This document shows, in pieces, positions 6,897 to 13,470 of a stretch of 14,532 bases of DNA (positions are counted from its first letter, which is position 1; the number at the start of each line of letters is the position of its first letter). Where the stretch lies: the IMG/VR virus record IMGVR_UViG_3300032070_000001, positions 76,183 through 90,714 of that record. The stretch is one strand, 5' to 3'. The position numbers and the translations under genes were made by a program. This stretch comes from a virus. Taxonomy: Duplodnaviria; Heunggongvirae; Uroviricota; Caudoviricetes. Below the pieces are notes generated by a model. It saw only the letters and a list, made by a program, of their open reading frames with translations. It did not search any database and was not told where the DNA came from.

Positions 6897-7488
6897 CGTC
6901 CTCACCTTCCTCTTCACCTTCCTCTTCAATCATCGGACTGCCACAAGCACAAGTAGGACAACCCACCTCGTCGATAGCCTTCCGACTCATTCGACAAATA
7001 CAACCACACGTCGAGCAAATCACCTTCAAGAGCCGACACTTCTGACTCTTCGGTGCGTTGGAGTGCTTCAACTCCGCGTGCGGATACGGGCCGATCGCGT
7101 CCGTCATCTCCTGCAAATGCGCCCGCAGCGTCTCACCAGCCGCCGTCTCTGTCATCTTGCCTTCCAGGCCAAGGGCATGGGCCGCCCGGGGAAACTGTCC
7201 CCGGTGCCCGTCCTCGACGCCCACCGCACAATGGACCAGTTCGTGAACCAGGGTCACGGCTACGTGGATCGGGTCCTTCAAGACCGGACTGATGAAAACC
7301 TCCGAGGTCCCGTCGCCGCTATTCTTCGACGACCAACACTCACCTGTCCGACGCCTCTTCTTCGCCAAGCCGCTCTTCGACGGCCACGAGCATGAGGCCC
7401 GAATCTTCTCTGGCAAGGGGTGGCCCGCCTTCTCGAAGTCAAGACGAAGCCGCTGGATGCACTCGTTCAACCACTGCTCGCGATTCAT
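6880..7488 (-). CDS. SprT-like zinc metalloprotease (202 aa)
   Basis: TLVHELVH (HExxH) followed by GH.GQF, a C-terminal CxxCG...CxCG zinc ribbon and an acidic tail. Confidence 0.85.
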   Translation of the reverse strand: MNREQWLNECIQRLRLDFEKAGHPLPEKIRASCSWPSKSGLAKKRRRTGECWSSKNSGDGTSEVFISPVLKDPIHVAVTLVHELVHCAVGVEDGHRGQFPRAAHALGLEGKMTETAAGETLRAHLQEMTDAIGPYPHAELKHSNAPKSQKCRLLKVICSTCGCICRMSRKAIDEVGCPTCACGSPMIEEEGEEEGEDDGEDG

Positions 7489-7491
7489 TGC

Positions 7492-7674
7492 TCACCCTTG
7501 AAACGGAAAACCAGCCGCAATCAACTCGGCTGCAACCTGCCGCGAAATCGCCAACAACTTCGTGTTGCCAGCCCGCGTGACGCTCAACAAACATTGACGA
7601 AAACCAGGCGGCAAACAAACCGACACACTCTCGGCGGTATCCAACCTCGCCACACCCTTCACGATCTCAATCAT
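7492..7674 (-). CDS. Hypothetical protein (60 aa), first gene after P4
   Basis: RBS AAAGGA; lies immediately downstream of promoter P4. Confidence 0.65.
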   Translation of the reverse strand: MIEIVKGVARLDTAESVSVCLPPGFRQCLLSVTRAGNTKLLAISRQVAAELIAAGFPFQG

Positions 7675-7693
7675 CTTGGTTCCTTTCTATTCA

Positions 7694-7721
7694 ACCCTAT
7701 GTCAGAAGAAGAGAAAGTCAA
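7694..7721 (-). promoter_or_regulatory. Repeated sigma70-like promoter P4 (TTGACT-N16-TAGGGT, then TGAATAG)
   Basis: Minus strand reads TTGACTttctcttcttctgacaTAGGGTtgaatag. The TGA inside the -35 box is the stop codon of the upstream gene. Confidence 0.75.
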
Positions 7722-7927
7722 ATGCAATGTGCCAAAAGCCGCTCGATTCCCGCGACATCATAGTTCACCTCATCCGGCTCTTCCTTACAACTGATACGCA
7801 CGGCACCGACGCGACGCAGACCCCTTAAACGCGCCTCGACCCAACGGTCCACGTCCACCTTGTCACCCGTCCGCAGCAGCAAGATGCAAGAACCATCGTC
7901 CATGTAAGCATAGATTTCCTTCATCAA
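7718..7927 (-). CDS. Hypothetical protein (69 aa)
   Basis: ATGA overlap with the upstream gene; ends in the P4 -35 box. Confidence 0.6.
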   Translation of the reverse strand: MMKEIYAYMDDGSCILLLRTGDKVDVDRWVEARLRGLRRVGAVRISCKEEPDEVNYDVAGIERLLAHCI

Positions 7928-8382
7928 TCACCTTCGATCACTACGCCATCACGAGTGAAATTACGAATGAACCGTTGCGTATGATGCGCGATTCGTGCCT
8001 GATAATTCGGAGCCGCCTGACCCTCCCGCACCATCTGGCAATATGCCTCCGCAAAATCAGGATCAGTCTCCAACACTCCGCGTTCAATCGTCAATGCCCG
8101 CGCAACCTCGGCAATTTCCTCATCAATCGCCTCCGTCACAAGTTCCTGTATCTCTGGGATGGAGATTCGCATCGGCAACAACGACACCCGCCCGGTGACC
8201 TGAAACTTGGCGATCCGATCACCAGCACGCACGAAGAACGTATGCCGTATACGACGACGGCGACCGTAAAGTTCCGTTTCCTCCAAGATGCGCTGCCGTA
8301 GATGCAACTCCAGGACCGCCTGGCCCTCGGGAAGCGGCGCACACAACAACTCAAGAACAGATTCACCGTTCACAGCTTCCAC
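7924..8382 (-). CDS. Hypothetical protein (152 aa)
   Basis: Long ORF in the overlapping minus-strand chain with a protein-like composition. Confidence 0.7.
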   Translation of the reverse strand: MEAVNGESVLELLCAPLPEGQAVLELHLRQRILEETELYGRRRRIRHTFFVRAGDRIAKFQVTGRVSLLPMRISIPEIQELVTEAIDEEIAEVARALTIERGVLETDPDFAEAYCQMVREGQAAPNYQARIAHHTQRFIRNFTRDGVVIEGD

Positions 8383-8783
8383 ACCCCACCCTCAAAACCA
8401 TTGGCATCAGTTGGTGCATACTTCACATGGCCTTTCTTCATCAACTCCCGGCCGACTGCCAATACCTTCGACCGGGGCCACACGGTCTCAGCCATGATGT
8501 TGCCGTTGTCGGCAATCCCGTGGTACTCGTCCACCACGTCCAAGAAGATGCACTGGTTCTCCGTGAGTAAACCCATCTTCTTCAACTGCAAATTCGTATG
8601 TGGCCAGCACGGGCCATCCTCGGAAAACTGCTGCTCATGCGCCCGGGCGCACTCGGGACACGGCTTCAACCAAAACCCGCTGCCATCCAACTTCCCACGG
8701 CCGAATGTCAAGCAGTCATGGATGCCCGTGCTCACGCCGCATGTATGCCCGACCGGCCGTACAAACTCGGACCCTACTGCCAT
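8370..8783 (-). CDS. Hypothetical Cys/His-containing protein (137 aa; HTCGVSTGIHD...CPEC)
   Basis: Overlaps both neighbours; the Cys/His spacing suggests metal binding. Confidence 0.7.
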   Translation of the reverse strand: MAVGSEFVRPVGHTCGVSTGIHDCLTFGRGKLDGSGFWLKPCPECARAHEQQFSEDGPCWPHTNLQLKKMGLLTENQCIFLDVVDEYHGIADNGNIMAETVWPRSKVLAVGRELMKKGHVKYAPTDANGFEGGVWKL

Positions 8784-9526
8784 TTTGCCAAAGCCTCCTC
8801 CCGAAACTGCTGATTCTTGACCGGTTTTAATGCCACCGGTCCAAAGAGATTGATCTTCAAAGCATCACGTCGTGAAATCACGCAATGCACCGCCGTGACA
8901 CCAGCCGCCGTCGCCCGCGCCAATGTGCGCACATCAGGTTCGCAGAACGTAACCAAGATGCAACCTTGTGCGTATGCCTCCAAAAGAACTGCCACATCCG
9001 GATCACCGCATACCACCAGATCGTTGCGCACCAAGACCGCGTAATCGCCTCGAAGCCGCCGGGCGGCCTCCGCAACCTCCCGCAACCACGCTCTCCAAGG
9101 CACTGAATCCTTCATTGAGTCCTTCATTGAGTCCTTACCCTTCGCTTCCACGAGCGCCCACTGAGCCAGAATCTCGTCGCGTGCCCGTTGAATCTTGATC
9201 GGCCGCAGCACCGGGTCCCGACTATCCGCCAAGACAACTGGCTTGAAATTGTACCCCGACTGAATCAGGCGCGCAACATCTTTTTTTGAGACGCCGCAGT
9301 AGATCATTTTAATCCCCGCCGCTGCTGCCCGCGCCCGAACATCGGTGCCGGGCTCGGCAAACACGAATAGCGTACAACCCTTCACGTCGCCCTTGAGTAG
9401 TTCCAAAACATCCGATCCCTCGGCGACCTGAGTTTCCGAGCCACGGATCACGAGTGCGTAGTCAGCCTCCAGCTTCCTTGCTTTTTCAGCGACATAACAA
9501 ACCCAGTTAAACGGCGAATGACTCAT
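8774..9526 (-). CDS. Hypothetical protein (250 aa) made of two internally duplicated domains of about 110 aa
   Basis: The halves align by eye: VAEKARKLEADYALVIR / VAEAARRLRGDYAVLVR; GCTLFVFAEP / GCILVTFCEP; AAAAGIKMIYC / ATAAGVTAVHC; RDEILAQW / REEALAKW. Confidence 0.75.
   Translation of the reverse strand: MSHSPFNWVCYVAEKARKLEADYALVIRGSETQVAEGSDVLELLKGDVKGCTLFVFAEPGTDVRARAAAAGIKMIYCGVSKKDVARLIQSGYNFKPVVLADSRDPVLRPIKIQRARDEILAQWALVEAKGKDSMKDSMKDSVPWRAWLREVAEAARRLRGDYAVLVRNDLVVCGDPDVAVLLEAYAQGCILVTFCEPDVRTLARATAAGVTAVHCVISRRDALKINLFGPVALKPVKNQQFREEALAKWQ
9104..9136. repeat. In-frame 12-nt tandem repeat (about 2.75 copies; KDSM linker)
   Basis: TGAATCCTTCAT TGAGTCCTTCAT TGAGTCCTT, lying between the two duplicated domains. 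Confidence 0.9.
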
Positions 9527-9831
9527 GTGGGCCTCCCGGTAACAATCACACCATCGTCGTTGAGCGCGTCGGCCACTTCCAAAGCGACCTCATGCTTGAT
9601 CTTGATGAGATCAGCACCAGGTTCAAAAAACGTGTAGTAATCCTCCTCGTAACCTGGAAGAGGAAGATCAACCGACACGATCCCTTGCGACTCATCCACC
9701 TTGACCACCTGCAGGATGCCCTTAAACTCAACGACGGCTGGCAAAACTCGCTGACAGATGTTGATGTCGGTGACAATCACCTTGTCACCAACGTGCGCGA
9801 ACAACCGTTTCGATGTCGTTTCAACGTTCAT
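9523..9831 (-). CDS. Hypothetical protein (102 aa from MNVETT; track start 9846)
   Basis: GGGGA precedes ATG 9831; the stop overlaps the next start (ATGA). Confidence 0.65.
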   Translation of the reverse strand: MNVETTSKRLFAHVGDKVIVTDINICQRVLPAVVEFKGILQVVKVDESQGIVSVDLPLPGYEEDYYTFFEPGADLIKIKHEVALEVADALNDDGVIVTGRPT

Positions 9832-9885
9832 GCTAAAGTCCCCCATTCAGTACGTCGGACACTGGCCGTCAATTCCGAGTACGTT

Positions 9886-10158
9886 TCACTCTTTCTGCCC
9901 GCCAACAACAATCTCCACCCAATCCTTGCACTGTTGATGATACTCCACATACCGCCCGTACTGTTCCGCCATCGAAGTCAGGCGTTTGGCATTTGATCTC
10001 AAAACAGTCACCGTGAAAGGCGTGTCCGACCTGGTTATAAGCAGCCGCCGGAACATCGACCACTCGACACCAAGAGTAAAACAGGTCGTTGGACTGAGAC
10101 CCGTTAACTCATCATCAATCGCCGGAAGTTCAACCGATTTCGATTCGTATGCCATCAT
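9886..10158 (-). CDS. Hypothetical protein (90 aa)
   Basis: GAGGG RBS; the start directly abuts the upstream TAG. Confidence 0.7.
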   Translation of the reverse strand: MMAYESKSVELPAIDDELTGLSPTTCFTLGVEWSMFRRLLITRSDTPFTVTVLRSNAKRLTSMAEQYGRYVEYHQQCKDWVEIVVGGQKE

Positions 10159-10324
10159 CTATACCCTCTGACTCAAGAGGTACTCCACGGCTTCCCGTCG
10201 ACTGGTTACCCGATACCCGCGCCGGAGACGTGCCACCAACTCGGCGACCGTCCAACCGACACGCCAGCCACGCTGCTCGAACTCGTGAAGAGCATGAATG
10301 AGTGCTTGCGTTCTTGGTTTTCAT
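10159..10324 (-). pseudogene. Small hypothetical protein (about 54 aa, MKPRTQALIHALHEFEQRGW...EAVEYLLSQRV), frameshifted at the T4 run 10318-10321
   Basis: ATG 10324 overlaps the upstream TGA. Removing one A joins it to an open frame ending at TAG 10159-10161, exactly abutting the next ATG. That frame has no start of its own near the 5' end. Confidence 0.55.
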
Positions 10325-10590
10325 TTCCAGTGGCTCGCCCGCTCTCTGAAGAACCCGATGTACTCCTCCAGTTGCAGGAGCCATTGCTCCATGTCGGCCG
10401 CAGGAATCGTGTTCTCGTCCAAGATGACCGTCCGTATTTGATCGGCCGCACTCAGCAGCCGAAGTCCCATTGCGTAGAGCACCGACACCCACGTGCAGTC
10501 GTGCGACCAGGCTGGAAGGCGAAACTGGCATCGCGTCCGACGCACCGCGTGTTCCAACCAAACTACAGTCTTCTCGAATCGTTCCTGCAT
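10321..10590 (-). CDS. Hypothetical protein (89 aa from MQERFEK)
   Basis: AAGGAG precedes ATG 10590. The track start at 10632 overlaps the upstream gene. Confidence 0.7.
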   Translation of the reverse strand: MQERFEKTVVWLEHAVRRTRCQFRLPAWSHDCTWVSVLYAMGLRLLSAADQIRTVILDENTIPAADMEQWLLQLEEYIGFFRERASHWK

Positions 10591-10592
10591 AT

Positions 10593-10817
10593 TCACTCCT
10601 TGCAGATTCGACGCAGGACCGCCTCCAACCAACTATGCTTTTCTCGATCAGCGTCCGTTGACGCCTGATAAAGTCGTTCCACGCGCGCAACCAGACGACG
10701 TGCCCAAAACATCGGCACCCTAGCAATCTGGGTGGCCAGCGCCTCCAACTCATCCTGATAGGGCATGACAGCGGGCACGGCAGCGGGCACGGCAGCGGGC
10801 AGCAAACAGTAACTCAT
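10593..10817 (-). CDS. Hypothetical protein (74 aa, MSYCLLPAAVPAAVPAV...), first gene after P5
   Basis: AGAGGAG precedes ATG 10817; contains an in-frame 12-nt repeat. Confidence 0.65.
   Translation of the reverse strand: MSYCLLPAAVPAAVPAVMPYQDELEALATQIARVPMFWARRLVARVERLYQASTDADREKHSWLEAVLRRICKE
10769..10801. repeat. In-frame 12-nt tandem repeat (CAGCGGGCACGG x about 2.75)
   Basis: Seen directly; encodes PAAV PAAV PAV. Confidence 0.9.
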
Positions 10818-10837
10818 TCGCAATTCTCCTCTATTGA

Positions 10838-10865
10838 ACTCTACGTCAGAAGAGGCGAAAGTCAA
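10838..10865 (-). promoter_or_regulatory. Repeated sigma70-like promoter P5 (TTGACT-N16-TAGAGT, then TCAATAG)
   Basis: Spacer identical to P1; followed directly by RBS GAGGAG and ATG. Confidence 0.8.
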
Positions 10866-10923
10866 GGCGCAAAACGACGATTTCCATGTCCCTCTGATCC
10901 CATGAGCCCTACAACTGCTACCT

Positions 10924-10955
10924 GACACGGTGTAGTATGTATACTACACCATGTC
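10924..10955. other. 32-bp near-perfect palindrome (15-bp arms, 1 mismatch, central GT)
   Basis: GACACGGTGTAGTAT-GT-ATACTACACCATGTC, intergenic, with no clear U-tract on either strand. Confidence 0.9.
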
Positions 10956-10967
10956 CGCTTTGCTAGA

Positions 10968-11001
10968 GGCTACTGGCTACTGGCTACTGGCTACTGGCTA
11001 C
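10968..11001. repeat. Heptamer tandem repeat (GGCTACT) x about 4.9
   Basis: Seen directly; intergenic, 12 nt from the palindrome. Confidence 0.95.
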
Positions 11002-11015
11002 AAGCCTCGCGCAGG

Positions 11016-11219
11016 TCACGTCAGCACGACGCGCAGTGTCACAGCCACCAAGCCAAGGGCGAACGCCCAGAACACATAAGGATTGAGCGTCATCTGTGAC
11101 CCGCGCACGATGTGATAGACCGGGTAACGAGACCGAGGATTGTACGCACACTTGCCGCAGCGCCCACCCGAGCACTTCGCGTGCTGACAACACGCCGGTC
11201 GTCTACGAAATCGAGCCAT
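11016..11219 (-). CDS. Small Cys-rich protein with a hydrophobic C-terminus (67 aa)
   Basis: CC...C...CGKC cluster followed by a possible transmembrane segment (VFWAFALGLVAVTLRVVLT); starts 2 nt after the upstream stop. The RBS is weak. Confidence 0.5.
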   Translation of the reverse strand: MARFRRRPACCQHAKCSGGRCGKCAYNPRSRYPVYHIVRGSQMTLNPYVFWAFALGLVAVTLRVVLT

Positions 11220-11221
11220 AC

Positions 11222-11410
11222 TCAGAAGTTTCCACCACCAGTGCTAACCCGTTGCGCTGCATCCAAGAAACCCGCTTCCCACATACTCGTTGCTGTCGCC
11301 GACCGGCCTCGATACGGACACTCTTCAAACGTCCGACCGTCCCGATAGTCATCCCACCCCTCTCGGTAGATGCTCGCCAACTGAATGCTTCGTTGTGATT
11401 GCTGAATCAT
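11222..11410 (-). CDS. Rmf/CrpP-fold-like small protein (62 aa)
   Basis: IYREGWDDYRDG....ECPY........MWEAGFLDA matches the G...G......CPY.....W..GW pattern of ribosome modulation factor-like proteins. Confidence 0.6.
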   Translation of the reverse strand: MIQQSQRSIQLASIYREGWDDYRDGRTFEECPYRGRSATATSMWEAGFLDAAQRVSTGGGNF

Positions 11411-11823
11411 GAATACCCAAACCTCCGACGAAACTCCAGATTCCGACGCTTCAAGGCCAGATTAAACGCAACCATGTTCGAGTCCTCTTCTCCCGAAACG
11501 GCCCGCTTCCACTGATTGACGATGTGCCGAGTCACGCCCCAATAATGGGCGACCGTCAATTCGTCTTCCTCACAGATCGCCCGTACCAGGGCCCCAGTGA
11601 GAATCGGCAACAACGTATCATGCCGGCCACGATTGTACTTTGACCCTGGCCACGCGATCGGCGCGTCGGTCATGCCTGCCACTTTCACGTCGCCGAGGTA
11701 CTCGTCATGAAGAATGATTCCCACGTTTGCGGCCGGCGGATGGTAAGGTCCCGCACGAAAACGATACTGATGAACCGGCGGCCACGCATCCTCCACTGAC
11801 GCCCGAGTCATTTGAGTCGGCAT
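11407..11823 (-). CDS. Hypothetical protein with a probable C-terminal HTH (138 aa)
   Basis: AAGGAG RBS. VAHYWGVTRHIVNQWKR is HTH-like, and GPY.PP / TDAPIAWP resemble, from memory, a Planctomycete-associated family. Confidence 0.7.
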   Translation of the reverse strand: MPTQMTRASVEDAWPPVHQYRFRAGPYHPPAANVGIILHDEYLGDVKVAGMTDAPIAWPGSKYNRGRHDTLLPILTGALVRAICEEDELTVAHYWGVTRHIVNQWKRAVSGEEDSNMVAFNLALKRRNLEFRRRFGYS

Positions 11824-11835
11824 CCCTTTCTCCTT

Positions 11836-12582
11836 TTAGGCGAATCGGTCGAGTATTCTCCAAACCAAGATTGCCGTGAACGCCTTGCCCTCCCGGCTCT
11901 TGCATCCACGCTCGTTGAGCGCCGCTGCGACCGCCGCCAACGTCTTCCCGGCCTGCCGCAGCGATTGAATCTCCGGCAAAACGAACTCGTAAGCCGCGCG
12001 AGCCTCGGCCAGACGATTCGCCGCCGACGCCACAACTGCCTGTTTCCAACCCCGCAGATGCTCGCGGCCGTCCCAATGCCCGGGACGCGCGGACCCCAGC
12101 TTCACGCCCCGCGCCTGCAGACTGTCCAAGGCCGCCTTGGTCCGCAGTCCGATCCGGCGGGCCTCTTCCTCGGCGAAGGCCGCCTCGATATGCAGCCGCA
12201 ACCGGTCGGCGTCCGGCCGATCCGCACAGATGAAAGGAACCTTGCTCTCCATCAGATTCGAGATGAAGTTGAGATTCCGAGCCAACCGGTCCAGCTTGGC
12301 GACAACCAAAATGCCCCCGACCATGCGGGCGTGCGCCAAAGCCTTCCGCAACTCCGGCCTGGCTGACTTCTTACCAGTCTCAACCTCCGTGTACGCCCCG
12401 GCGATGGAGCCTTTGAGGTTATCCACCAACCTACCCGCATCCCGTTTCTGGGCATCCAGACCCAAGCCGGTCGCGTTCTCATTCAACTCGTTCTCCGTTA
12501 TGGACTCACCCCGCCGAAGCCGCCACCAGGCATCAGTCTGTTTCTTTGTGCTGACCCGGTAATAGCAGACGTAGGGTTTCAT
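11836..12582 (-). CDS. Serine recombinase (resolvase/invertase catalytic domain), canonical, 248 aa
   Basis: YYRVST..Q, GLGLDAQ, YTEVETG, RPEL..AL, AKLDRLARN and EEEARRIGLRTKAAL, with a C-terminal helical DNA-binding region. Confidence 0.93.
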   Translation of the reverse strand: MKPYVCYYRVSTKKQTDAWWRLRRGESITENELNENATGLGLDAQKRDAGRLVDNLKGSIAGAYTEVETGKKSARPELRKALAHARMVGGILVVAKLDRLARNLNFISNLMESKVPFICADRPDADRLRLHIEAAFAEEEARRIGLRTKAALDSLQARGVKLGSARPGHWDGREHLRGWKQAVVASAANRLAEARAAYEFVLPEIQSLRQAGKTLAAVAAALNERGCKSREGKAFTAILVWRILDRFA

Positions 12583-12617
12583 CAGTGCCTCTCAAAGGTG
12601 CAAGATCGTTGCTTTGC

Positions 12618-13364
12618 CTACCGCCTCACATGCGCCATCTTCCGTATGTTGTTGCCGAGCCACTCGTCCCCCAAGTAGCGCTTAATCAGCCGCCACACGG
12701 CCGTCTGCGTGAAGGGCATTCCCACCGTCGTAGTATGCCCCGTCTGGTTCAACCACTCGACGATCTCGGGAAGCGTATCCCCGCGTTCTCGCCGAACCTT
12801 GATCTCAGGAATCAGATAGGCATAGGCATTCCGTGTCTTGTCCCGGTGCGCTTTGGCCGCCGCCACAATGGCTTCCTTCGTCCCTCGATGCCGGCCCTTC
12901 CAATGCCCAGGACGATTGGAACCAAGTTTCACGCCACGGGCCTTAGCTGCCACCAGGGCCGCTTTCGTCCGTTCGCTGATCCGACGCGATTCCTTATCCG
13001 CCAAGGCGGCCAGAACGTGGACAGTCAAGTGATTGGCCTTGGGCATGTCACACGCCACGAACTCCACCCCGCTGTCTCGCAGAAGGGCCGTGACGTAGGT
13101 ATTGCGACTCAACCGGCCCAGCCGCGGAATGACTAACGTGGCTCTTGAAGCGAGGGCGGCCTCCACGGCAGCCTGCAACTCCGGACGATAGGTTGCCCGC
13201 TGACCTGTCGCCGTCCGTCGCTCAGTCGTCGATTCGTTCTCGGTGAACTCAGCGAGGACCTTACCATCGTTGACTGCCACGAAACGCCGTGTATTCGTCT
13301 CCTGCTCGGCTCGCGGATACTTGCGACTTCGGCGATAGTAGACCACGTACTCGTTTGGCGTCAT
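12618..13364 (-). CDS. Serine recombinase paralogue with degenerate motifs (248 aa from MTPNEY; track start 13394)
   Basis: YYRRS (Ser kept), RPELQAA, PRLGRLSRN (D to G), KESRRISERTKAAL and GVKLGSNRPGHW. GAGGA precedes ATG 13364. Confidence 0.88.
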   Translation of the reverse strand: MTPNEYVVYYRRSRKYPRAEQETNTRRFVAVNDGKVLAEFTENESTTERRTATGQRATYRPELQAAVEAALASRATLVIPRLGRLSRNTYVTALLRDSGVEFVACDMPKANHLTVHVLAALADKESRRISERTKAALVAAKARGVKLGSNRPGHWKGRHRGTKEAIVAAAKAHRDKTRNAYAYLIPEIKVRRERGDTLPEIVEWLNQTGHTTTVGMPFTQTAVWRLIKRYLGDEWLGNNIRKMAHVRR

Positions 13365-13400
13365 AGGTTTCCTCGATGTTTTCGTTACAGCCACTACTCA

Positions 13401-13429
13401 ATCTTACACTACGAATGTCCAAAAGTCAA
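13401..13429 (-). promoter_or_regulatory. Repeated sigma70-like promoter P6 (TTGACT-N17-TAAGAT, then TGAGTAG)
   Basis: Minus strand reads TTGACTtttggacattcgtagtgTAAGATtgagtag, upstream of the recombinase pair. Confidence 0.7.
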
Positions 13430-13436
13430 ATGCGTC

Positions 13437-13464
13437 TTGCGTTTTTCGCGCTCTGGATTAGAAT
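13437..13464 (+). promoter_or_regulatory. Divergent promoter (TTGCGT-N16-TAGAAT), probably giving a leaderless mRNA
   Basis: The -10 box ends 6 nt before ATG 13471, there is no SD, and it is back-to-back with P6. Confidence 0.5.
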
Positions 13465-13470
13465 TGTGAC

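Noticed and set aside
10130-10753. 207-aa minus-strand ORF
   Set aside because: It crosses four better-supported genes, three intact and one frameshifted, and has an Arg/Ser/Gly-rich off-frame composition.
10924-10955. Rho-independent terminator call for the palindrome
   Set aside because: There is no poly-U tract after the stem on the transcribed (minus) strand, and the loop is only 2 nt.
11812-13136. Plus-strand ORFs 11812..12366, 12137..12562 and 12585..13136
   Set aside because: They are antisense to the two serine recombinase genes.
11836-13364. Large serine integrase with att sites, or an IS607-type transposon
   Set aside because: The proteins are only 248 aa with no zinc-ribbon/coiled-coil integrase tail, there is no N-terminal HTH or adjacent tnpB, and no att pair is visible.
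1465-13429. CRISPR array or integron attC interpretation of the dispersed repeats
   Set aside because: Spacing is kilobases and irregular, there are no cas genes or tyrosine integron integrase, and the repeats are not attC-like palindromes.
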